From positions 9,424,001 to 9,488,000 of the forward strand of contig CP158636.1 in NCBI GenBank assembly GCA_050273025.1: 64,000 nucleotides of DNA, written 5' to 3'. Position numbers and translations under genes: made by a program. The notes beneath the pieces were generated by a model that did not search any database, was not told the DNA's origin, and saw nothing but the letters and a program-made list of their open reading frames with translations. This document shows positions 38,371 through 48,660 of this stretch, piece after piece; position 1 is the first letter of the stretch; each line of letters opens with the position of its first letter. The stretch is from Cenococcum geophilum (lineage: Eukaryota).

Positions 38371-40250
38371 TTACCTCGCCGCAACAGGCTTAATGTCGCC
38401 CTCGATCAAAATTGTTTGCGGTTCAACTTCGGCGTCGCTAAGCCGAGCCGCTCTGAGCTTGCCTTCGTCGTGCGAGTTGTGCTCGCTCGCTGACTCATTC
38501 TGTATTTGCCCGGCATTACGACGACGACGCAGCAGATCGTCAACGTATCTGACAGCTGCCAGAGATAGACCAATCGTGAGCACGGCGATGTTGATGCTGA
38601 ATCCTCGGCGGTAACGTGGCCGGTCGTCCTCTCGGAAGATTTGTGCGCCGTAGATACCAGCAATGTTGGCACCCATGATTACCCTGTATTGCAAACCGGC
38701 TTAGCAATAATCTAGGTGAGCGAAAGGTGAAGACTTACATGGCCATGGCAAGCGCTCGTTCCTCCGAGTCCCCGCAAGCGAGCGACATCCATGCGATGTT
38801 AAGTGGGTGTGAGAACGTCCCAAAGGTTTGTGTCCAGACCACTCCAAAGTATCGTACTCCCCGAATGCTAATTTCGGTGAAGATACGGTTAAAGACGTAA
38901 CCAAGCAGATGCATGCTCAGGCCGGCCATGACTGTCTCTCCACGTTTATTGCTGTAGCAAACCATCCATATCAGCGTAGTTCTGGTATTTTCCAGATCTT
39001 CACTTTAACTTTAACTTACAAATGATCCGAAACGTAACTGAGGGAGAAGGATACTGGGATCTGGAGGAAGAGACCAACGGAAGCCAGTGCGTTGCTTGTG
39101 AGGGCAGCGAAACCAAAGCTGTTGACGATTGATGGGGAGTATGTGTCGAAGGCACGCTGAGGGCCGTTGTTGGATAGTGTGATCAAGACGTGGACCCATA
39201 GACGCCAGTTTGAGAACTGGAAGAAGAGAAAAAGTCAGCAATAGCAATAGCAAAGGGCACGTGATTTGAGGTTGATATTGATGGCGACTTACAGCCTTCT
39301 TGAACGCGCCCCGGCCAATGTGTTTCCTCTTCTTGCCTTTCATTGGGTCATCGAGTAGGATGCGGTTTTTAAGGATATGCAGTTCCCTGTCGTTGAAAAA
39401 GGTCACGCGAGGCAGGAAGGTGCTTCGAGGGTTTTTGAACGAGTCAGGTAGCAAGAATCCGAGGACGAAACCGCTGAAAACCGTGAATGTTCCCATGATG
39501 ACGAACAACCAGAACCATCCGGGCTTGCCTTGGACACCACGCATGTGAAGGATACCGTATGCAAGTAGCTTCGAAGAAGCTTGACCGAATTGGTTACCAA
39601 AGTAGAAAAACATGACTCGCTTTGCGGTTTCCCGTCGTGTGTACCAAGTTGAGAGGGTCCACAGTCCACCCGGAATGAAGCCCGACTCGGTCATTCCTAG
39701 GAGGAATCGGCTCGCGATAAAAGAGCCATAACTGTTTTGGAAAGCTTGGAAGGTGCTGACGATACCGAAGAGGAAGAGCTGGAGAGTGAGCCACTTTCCT
39801 GGACCGACTCGGTAGAGGATCATGTTGGAAGGGATTTCGAAAAGCACGATACCCAGTGAGAGCATTTGCTGGCCGACGTTGAATTGGTTTTGGGTGATGC
39901 CGACATCTTTCATGAAGTTATCCGTGATGGCGTTAGCGATGTTACCTCGGTCAAGTTCTGTAATGCAATGAATTAGAATTAGTTCTACGAAACAGGTGGA
40001 CATGGACGTGGACTTACGCAAGCAGAAGAATCCGAGAGTGAGGAGTGGCATTATAACGAAATCCAACCTGTACAGCGGATTTGTGTTAGTCAACGTCCTC
40101 TTAAGCCTACTGATACATTCACACCCACTTCCGCTTCGCCTTGGCCTCCTCATCTTTCGTCCAGTCACAATGCAGTGTAAGGGCCTCCTCATCATCCCTA
40201 GGAGGAGCGTATTGGTCCGGATTCGCGGATTTGATGTCTAAAGTTGACAT
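38371..40250 (-). CDS. MFS transporter, anion:cation symporter / allantoate permease (Dal5-like) family, ~519 aa, 6 exons
   Basis: Exons 40250-40129, 40067-40018, 39957-39293, 39216-39020, 38951-38739 and 38683-38371 join via GT-AG introns with branch-like CTRAC/CTAAT sites into a 1560-nt open frame. Family motifs: KRKLD, LDRGNIANA, EIPSN, RFLLGMTESGFIPG, WYTRRE, GWFWLF, IFREDDRPRYRRG. Confidence 0.93.
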
Positions 40251-40424
40251 GGTTGCTGGCTAATGGTTGTGGTTGTGGTTCCAACTGAGGAAGTTCCACT
40301 TAAGGAAGTTCCAATTGAGCCGGATAGCTGGCTGTCCTTAAAACCCTTCTCGGAGTGCCAAGTTTTATCATCTGATAGCATAGTTTGGTTTGGGGTGTCT
40401 GGGCGATGTGGTGACATATATTAA

Positions 40425-40490
40425 TCTGAGCACGCAATCATCGACCACCATATATTACTCTGAGCACGCAATCATCGACCACCATACATT
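40425..40490. repeat. Tandem duplication of a 32-bp unit (34-bp period) upstream of the MFS gene
   Basis: TCTGAGCACGCAATCATCGACCACCATAYATT at 40425-40456 and 40459-40490. Confidence 0.9.
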
Positions 40491-41124
40491 GATATATTGA
40501 TAGGCACCTTGGAATTTACGGCCAAGTACTAAGAGTACGATTTAGCGACGGCTTGCATGCCTAGCGGCATTCTCAGAGTGGGTGTATCATGGACACTAGG
40601 CAAGGCAGCCGACTGTTGAGATTGACTGCCGGACAGGCGTAGATGTTTCCTATGTCTAAGAATGGGAATAGCTTCATCTACACTCCATCGGGCAGGTGTG
40701 CCCTAGGTGTCCCGCTTCCGACAGCTCCTACTTTGGACATATTAGCAACCGTCCAGCTGGGAAACTACTCTGCTTACCTGCAGCAAGTGCCTTGCACATT
40801 AATGAAAAGCCCGTCGGTTCCGGGTCGCTGCAGCTCGACTTAGGGCGGAAATGGGCTCCAATCCCGAACTGTCGGGATGGTACATGGGAGCTATCAATCA
40901 TCAAATGGACTTCCGGATCGCCCCAGAAGGAGTCGCCGTTCGACTCCGGGGACTTGGCGCTGATTCTAGATCAAGGAGCCCTGCCAGGAGATCTCCTTGG
41001 CAACAGGTGTTTCCGTGTTTTCGTAGGAAGGTTGCCGATCGTTGATAGGTTAAAGTCGATGCTGCCAAGTGATGAAATTCAGAGAGGTGGCCAACAAATC
41101 GGGTTATTTCGGCCTTAGTCAGAG

Positions 41125-41460
41125 GGTCTGTGCTCCTAGCGGGCACAAAATCATACTTCAACACTGGACAAGTACCGCTGCCATGTTGGAAACCCAACTT
41201 GGAAGCAGTACGAGCTACTATTAAGTACGCCATCGCCACAGGCCGACTTGACAGAGAAGTGGAACAGATAGCGGCCCACACCTCACAGAAGTGACTTTCA
41301 TTAACGCTCCCCCTTTTTTTTTTACTTCCCCCTCCTCCCCTCCTCTACTAACCACACCACGCACCCTCATGACCTAGCAGGCCTCGCTTCAACTGCTGTA
41401 GATAGGAGTTTGAACACTTGGAGAAATGGTCTTCAAGCCCACTTGCTAATAACCAACTCA
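41125..41460 (+). mobile_element. 5'-truncated LINE 3' fragment, not RIP-mutated
   Basis: Frame …WKPNLEAVRATIKYAIATGRLD…* (41187-41294) resembles the C-terminus of fungal LINE ORF2 proteins as I recall them. It is followed by a pyrimidine-rich 3' UTR-like stretch. Confidence 0.65.
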
Positions 41461-41987
41461 CGAGACCCCGTCGAATAGTGGAATCAAAGATAGGACTAAA
41501 ATTCATTCAAAGAAACGAACGTAGGGGCTAACATGTTAATCGTTAGGGTAAAAACTAACGAAAATTCTGACCGAATTATGCTTAGTAAGCCATTTATTTA
41601 GAGCCTCGATTTAGAGCTCTAATTTAAAGCTCCGATTTAATTTAAAGACTGTAGATTTAGAGGCTTTTAATTTAAAGGCTGTTGACTTAGAGGCTTCTAG
41701 CCCAGGGGCGTTTAATAGAGCCTTTATAGCTAGCAATTAAGATTATATTAGTCACGAATCTTGTATATATTTAAACTGCAGAGCTTTAGTGTAGAACCCT
41801 CTACGTAGGATCTAATATAGTAATTAATTGTGATTCTAATTTAAAGCTTTATATACTAAATATTTTTAATTACCTAATAACTAAATGGCCGCGTAGCTTA
41901 GTGGAATTAAAGTAAGTCTACTACCCTAATTGGATCCAGTCGATTAAATCGATTAAATGGGGGGAGGGTGTACACGACGATGCGATC

Positions 41988-42322
41988 TGACACGGAGTGA
42001 GTACAAGCGACGATAATATATAGCAAAGTAAATATTATTAAGCTACGTACATGAGCTGCGTGGTAAAGTCAAGACGTTGCGTAAGGAAAGAAGGTAGAAA
42101 ACGGGAGAAAGGAGTATATATCGTTAACTTGGTTGCTGGGTTAATAAGTGCACGGGGCAGAGTAGGATTCGCGTGGCGGTTATCACGGTTCTGGCAGGAT
42201 TCGGCAGAATTCGGCGGACTTGGCAGAATTCGGCGGACTTGGCAGAATTTGGCAGAAGTTCTGGATATTGCGGTGGAAACAGGTGGGCGTATGCAAGGTG
42301 TCATGGGGGTGGTCCCGTAACA
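41988..42322 (-). repeat. Solo LTR (335 bp), gypsy-B LTR family
   Basis: TGACACGG…CCCGTAACA; perfect TSD CGATC (41983-87, 42323-27); first ~170 bp match 11282-11450. Confidence 0.95.
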
Positions 42323-43090
42323 CGATCGAAAAGGGGGGGGGGGGAGCAACGCAATGGCTCGGCGACGACGCAATAGCTCGGCGCCAAGCATTGGGAGGAA
42401 GGGGAGGAGAAGAAGGGGAGGGGATTAGGGGTGGCTCGGCTACTATAAGAAAGTCGTAATTTTTATACAGTATTAAACTTTAAAAATTATATCCTAGGAG
42501 CTTAATTAACAACTCCTATATAAAATATTAATAATATCTAATTTTAGAGCTTTAAATCGGTAGATTTTTTAAGAATGTCTATAATAAGTAGCTTTAAGCA
42601 TAAAATCTAGAATATTTAATAGTAGTATAGGTATAAGAGGAGGTATTTATTTACGTTCCTAAACATTATTATATAACGTAATTTTTAAATAAGGAAAACT
42701 AGAAGTCTCTCTAGGAAACTAACTTAAAAAATTAATTACCTCCTACTAATATTAGTAGTAGGGCCTAGCTAAGTTATAGAGGCCTTACTTATATATATAT
42801 TAAGCATAGTATAAGGTATTAGTTTTAATAAATAAAGAAGAGGAACTATAAAGTATATTTTTTAGTTAGGGGCTATTATAATTATTTTAAGTTATTACAT
42901 AGAGTTAAACAACTATATCTTTAGTTAACTCTAGGCTAGTATATAATTTCCTATTAAGGGTTAGCGTCTTTTATAGTTATTTTACTATTATAGATAGGGT
43001 ATTAGCGTATTGCTAAAGTCTCCTTCTATTTTAATATTTAACCTAGAGGACTAAGAATTCTTCTTTTATAGCCCCTCTTATCGCGTCTCT

Positions 43091-43660
43091 ATAAAAGAAG
43101 GAAAGGGAAAAGGGAGTAAAGGTAGGAGTATTTATAGACGGGAGGAGGCATATAGGCATAGGAGATTAGGCTGGCGTTAATATCACTCAACTAATACCTA
43201 TTAGAGATTCCTCCATTCTTTCTAATTTCTCTCTCGCCTGTCTCTTCGTCTAAGTCTGTCTATATTACTACGTTAACTAATAAATCCCTTAGTAGAGACT
43301 AAGGAGGAGTATTAAAGTACCTTTAGCGCCCTATAAGGAAGAAAAAAAGAAGAGAAGAAGGTATAAAGAAGGGAGTATTTATTAATAGGAGGCCTATAAG
43401 TATAGGAGATTAAGCAGCTATAATATAGCCGTTAACGTTACTCGATTAATACTTACTAAAGGTTCCTCTATTCTTCTTATTTTCTCTCTTACCCATCTCC
43501 TTATTTAAGGCTATCTATATTGCTACGTTAATTAACAAATCTCTTAATAGAGACTAAGGAGTATTTAAGTACCTTTAGCTCCTTATAAGGAAGAAAAAAA
43601 GAAAAGAGGAAAGTATAAGGAAAAGAGTATTTATAAACAGGAAGAGACCCTATAAGTACG
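43091..43660. repeat. ~250-bp diverged tandem repeat (~2.3 copies)
   Basis: Recurrent blocks ATAAGGAAGAAAAAAAG…GAGTATTTAT…ATAGGAGATT…CTACGTTAA…TAGAGACTAAGGAG…AAGTACCTTTAGC. Confidence 0.85.
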
Positions 43661-43946
43661 TAATTTAGTAAGTAGTAATATGCTAGAATAGTACGAGATT
43701 CTTATATAAAATAGGCTTAATTACTTACTAAAATATAAGGTGTCTCTGCTACTGCAGGAGCTACTCTAGTAGTAGAGACGCCTTAAATATTTAATGATCT
43801 AGAATTTAGATTACTAAAATCTAAAAATTTATTATAGGGAGCGCGATTAATAACCTCTACTAATAGCTTTAACTACGTTTAATTTTTAATTTATAAATTA
43901 GTAGATTTATAAGTAATAGTTATTATAAGTAACTCTAGGTGCGGTA

Positions 43947-44090
43947 TATTCCTTCCCACGCTAGCGTCTACAGCCTAGTGCTAAGCCTATGAAAATTAGT
44001 ATCAGAGCCAAGCTTTCAGTTTAATAAGAGCCTGTAATTGGCCAAACCCTTATCAATATACGTGGACGTAAACCAGCGTGGGAAGGGACA
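43947..44090. mobile_element. 144-bp MITE
   Basis: TIR TATTCCTTCCCACGCTAG / CCAGCGTGGGAAGGGACA; TA on both sides; a partial inverted copy lies at 52446-52528. Confidence 0.75.
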
Positions 44091-44529
44091 TAAAATCTTA
44101 ACTATATTATAGAGAAGTCGTGGCCGCTAATATACGGACCTAAGTAGCATTATATAATATAATTAGTTGGTATAGTCGCGCGGAAAGAAAACTAGAAATT
44201 AATTAGAGAAAAAGGACTAAAAAATTAGCCACCCCTTACTAATATTAAAGAAATTGGAGATATAGCTAAGCCTACTTATAGAGGGCTTTATTATATATAT
44301 GTTAAATACTATATATAGCCGCTAGGGTAACTAAGTAAGACTAGAGGCTAGAAAGAGAGTTCCTAGTTAGGAATTATTATAATTGTCTAGAGTTACTAAA
44401 TAGAGTTAAATAGTAAAGCCTCTAGCTAACTTTAGGCTAGCATATAGTTTCCTAATTAGGATTAGTCATTTTAGAGTAGTTACAACTACCTCTATATAAG
44501 ATCTTCCTATTATACTTCCTTGGCCTTAC

Positions 44530-46400
44530 TTATAGATAGCTAAAATCATTTCTTATTAAATCTATATTTAAATATAAGGCTTAAAAGTTTCTTAACCTAT
44601 AAGATTACTATATAAGTTAGCTTAGCTATCTTATCTTTACCCTTAATATCTAGAACTACCTAGTTAAGTATTAAGCCCTAACTCTTATATATAGTAAGAG
44701 TAAAAGCTAGAGTAATTAGAAATTAATTCCGCGAGTAAGAGTCTTTTATACCCTCCTATTTATAAAGTACGGAAAAGATAGGGATAACCTTTCTCCCGTC
44801 CTACCGAGTAAATAGGGCAGGTTTATTATAACTATCTACTGTAATCAGCAGTGCTTAGGGCTAATCCTTTTTAATATTAGCTTACTCCTTCTATATAATA
44901 TCTTTAACTATAGTAGTAGTACTATTTACTAAGCCTAGTTAAACCTAGATATTCTATACTAGTATAACTTTAGCGCTAATATATAGGGTTAAATTCTCTA
45001 TAGTATTATACTAATTAAAAGTAACCTTTTATATACCTATATTAATATCTATTAACTTAATAACTACTACCGGCCGTAAAAAATTATAAAGCTAGATAGT
45101 ATTATACTTACCTATAGCTACGCGTATATTATAGAGCTGGATTATATTATTAATGCTTATAACCTTATTAATAGATAAGCCCTACTAATATCTCGTTAAA
45201 AGAAGCTTTTAGGCTATATTACTTATAGAATTACTACGTAGCTCCATAAGGGCGGTCCCAAATATAGACCTCTCGGTATTATTACCACCCCACTACACAA
45301 CTCAATCAAGGATTATAGCTCGGTCAATTACCTTATGGGCTTCCTTTCTACGGCTAATAAGCTCTAATAGTTAATTAGGTAAACTGCTATATAAGGCCGT
45401 TTAATCTACAGAGGACAGTTAATAGAAATCGCCTACTACTAAGATATTCAAGCCCCTAAAGTAGTTGTCGTTATATATAGAATAGATCTAATAGAGGCGG
45501 TAATCAATTTGAGCTAGATATGCTTACCTAATTATTAATTTATTATTAAGGATAAGGTAGTAAATATCTTTAAAAGCCTATTATAGAGACGTAAGACTAG
45601 TAATAGGTAATTCCTTAAAGGACGGCTTACCGGCAACCTTAGTAGTTTATATATAGTTCTGCCGTTAATATTAAAGGCAGCTACTTTAGTAGGGGTCGCT
45701 TAAACCAATAGTAACGGCTTACTATTAGATATTACTATATTATAGAGCGTAGTAGATACTAGGGGGGGGGCTAAGGCCTATTTAAATCTACCTATAGTAA
45801 CTAACTACAACGTTATAAATATAACACTAGGCCGATTATAAAGAGGACGGAGTTGCTATCTATAGTAGGTAGCTCTACGGTATAGGCTGTAATTATACGT
45901 CCTACTAATAAGTCTTCTTATTAAGCTGCGAGTATATACCCCAATATATACCCTAATTATAGTTATAATTAAGCTCCCTATTACTAAGCTTATTAGAATT
46001 ATTAACTTTAACTACGTTAATGTTTTTAACGCGGGTATATAGAATCTTAAAGGACAAATATAGCTCTAGGTTATCTACGAAATTGTTATTAAACTCATTA
46101 ATATTAGCAGCAACCTCGTAAGCTTCTTTTAGTGTCCGATTATAGAAGTAGTTAAGCGGGTACTAATAAGACACAACGCAAGCCCAATAGAAAGCTACGT
46201 AATTTAAGGCCCTAAATTAATTATTATAAGTAGCTACTTCCTCGTACCCCTATCGCCGAGTAATTTTAGGGATATTTTAACTATTCCAGCCATGAGGTAA
46301 AAAGGCGTTCTTAGTATTATTTTAGGTAGAGTATTTAGCTAGCGCTTTATAGGATAAATCTTAGTAGTAGAACCTAGCTCTATAAGAGCTTTCTACTTAT
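44530..46400 (-). pseudogene. RIP-destroyed Pif1-family (SF1B) helicase, probably the helicase half of a Helitron RepHel
   Basis: Reverted minus-strand motifs in order: PTGVAAFNINGRTIH ~45690, LILDEKSMIG ~45540, FGGLNILVVGDFYQL ~45430, AKVMLVQNIWVQLGLVNGT ~44950, LTVHKSQGLTL ~44685, TYVAISRV ~44605. Confidence 0.85.
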
Positions 46401-46734
46401 TTAAATTATATTTAGAAATGGAGAGAAGTAAGTAGAAGTAAAAGTAATATAGAGGAAAAACGCGAATTTAACTAATATAACTAGTATAGCATTAAACCCT
46501 TTTTTAAAAGGGCTATCTCCAATAATGTTAAGGCGGGGCTTATGGATATAGCACCTGCTATACTTAATTATAGTAGGGTTTACTACATTTACAGTATATA
46601 TAGTAGTATATATTAATAGAGAAGTTAATAAAGATATTAATAAAAAGGTAAGTATATAATATTTTAAAGTTTATCACGTGAATTCTGATACGACTTACCG
46701 CGCGTAAGTTTTTTTTAAACTAATTAGAAGCTTG

Positions 46735-46888
46735 CTTGGCAAAGTTCGAAATCTGGGATTCGTAAGTATAGACCTCGTAAACTCGGTCAATTACGAGACC
46801 ATGGCGGAACTGGAGGAATTGGACTGTGTAGATAGCGCTAGTGCCCTTTAGGCTTAGTCGGGCGTAATAGACTTCATTCATTCATTCA
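46735..46888 (+). mobile_element. Probable short LINE 3'-end fragment with (CATT)n tail
   Basis: Ends …GGGCGTAATAGACTTCATTCATTCATTCA, a microsatellite-tail structure typical of fungal non-LTR elements. No TSD found. Confidence 0.55.
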
Positions 46889-47060
46889 CTGGTAGTTCGT
46901 AGCAGGCCCAATAGTTGGCTAGTGGCCCCGGAAAACCTTGGGTATCTACCTACTGTAGCTAATTAGTTTCTTTCAAATTTGCCGATCTTGCCTTCCCAAC
47001 CTTCCCCCAGCGTAGACTCTCATCACAAGTTGGATTCTGGGACCACTCGATCGCCCAATT

Positions 47061-48526
47061 ATGAAAGTAACCCTTGAGTTAGAACGGCCTGTCTACAATC
47101 ATGAAGCATTCACTACCCTTCAATACATCAGAGGCGTTGCCAACGTGCATCTCTGGCGCGAGGCGGCAGTATCGAAAATTGTTCTCTCACTTCAAGGTGG
47201 GCTATCTGTTCGCATCTGCATAGTACACTGAGGGGAGATACCTAATATCTTCTCCCGTATAGGCAGGCTCCTAGCTGCTTTGTTCAAATCGACCAGCTCA
47301 GAAGATACCCCCTTTGGGACTGTGGACAATCACAAGGTGCGACTCCTCCATTCCTTGACGGCCCTGTCACCTGGTCACAGTACCTTTTCTTGAAGCTTAC
47401 AACGATCACGAATTCAGCTTTTCAAACTCTCACAGAATATATTTCCGCCGGCCAATGTCCCCTTGACAGTTAAAGGCTTCACCTTACCAAAGGGTACACA
47501 TTCGTTTCCATTCCAGATCCGTTTTCCCGTCCTTTCTGCATGCCATAAACCACAACCATGGATAACACACCTCAAAACCACCTTGCCACCATCCTTTAAG
47601 TTTCGCGCACCGAGCCATGAGGGCTCTGCAAAAGTTCAGTATTGGTTGAGGGTCAAAGTCCAAAGGCCGGGACGATTCAAGCATGACCTAGTATCCGAGC
47701 AGGAGCTTACATTCTTGCCACTAGATCCGGCTCTACCACCCCCGATGTTGGATCCGGTCTATGGCAGAAGTATGCAGCCGCTCAACCCTAAGAATCTTGA
47801 TTCCAATATTCCTCCATCGACCTTTAGATCCGCTTCAGGTGCGGGCAGGCGGGCGTATAGCTTTGTGTTACTCGAGGCAACTCTCCCTTCGCCAGCCATC
47901 CTGTACATACAGCGCAGTGTGCCACTGCGGCTTTTCGTAAGGACGCACGCGACACTGGCCAATGACCCTCCGATCACATTGCGAACCTTAGGAGTCGCGA
48001 TTCATACGAGTACAACTATAACTATTGGATCTGACTCGGCTACCTGGACATCGAGCAGAGATCTCGTGCATATCTCGGGGCTTGAGCTGCAGTTGACTGG
48101 TTCGCGTGCAAATGGAGGATTGTCAGATGAGATCAGTAGAGATCTCTGGAAGGACGCCACCGTGCGGGACGTGACCCCCAGCTTCACCACCTGCACTGTT
48201 ATAAGGCAGCATTCACTCGTGGTGACCGCGGGATTCTCACATAGTCCTGAAGAAACAGTCTACGTATAAAACAATGCATCCAAATGTTCCATGCTAGCAC
48301 TAATATTCTCTCATCCTCCTTTTAGGTGGTCAATGCCGCGATCAACGTCGAAGTTCATTCAGGAATTACGCCTGCACCTCGTGTGATGGCTACAGCTGAA
48401 CTTAACGGACACCACAGCACTGAACAGACAATCTTCGTTCCATGGAGAATTGGATCAGAGAGGCATTTGGGTATAACGCGAGGCTCTGCCGTGACGGCCA
48501 ATAATGTCCCACCTCCGCCTTATTAA
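47061..48526 (+). CDS. Alpha-arrestin / arrestin-domain protein with C-terminal PY motif, ~418 aa, 4 exons
   Basis: Exons 47061-47196, 47263-47336, 47418-48263 and 48326-48526 give a 1257-nt open frame. Arrestin-N motifs (YIRGVANVHL, GTHSFPFQIRFP, LPPSF, VQYWLRVKVQRPG), arrestin-C motif (TPSFTTCTVIRQHSLVV) and terminal PPPPY*. Confidence 0.9.
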
Positions 48527-48660
48527 GAGATCAACATACGCCAATGTTCTCCTAAAGCGCAGGATTCCATCCGGTGGATCATCCAATAGCATGGTATGGA
48601 CAGCTGAGGTCGATAAGTACCTTTCATAACTGTCCTTTAGTCATACGCTTTACCATGAAC

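Noticed and set aside
39011..40195. 394-aa ORF as the complete transporter
   Set aside because: It reads through introns at both ends. The spliced 6-exon model gives coherent family motifs.
40643..41281. Overlapping 64-140 aa ORFs upstream of the MFS gene
   Set aside because: No recognisable domain and no consistent splice model. The region looks like GC-balanced promoter sequence plus a LINE tail.
42038..42459. ORFs of 67-117 aa
   Set aside because: They lie within a TSD-flanked solo LTR and arise from its internal repeats.
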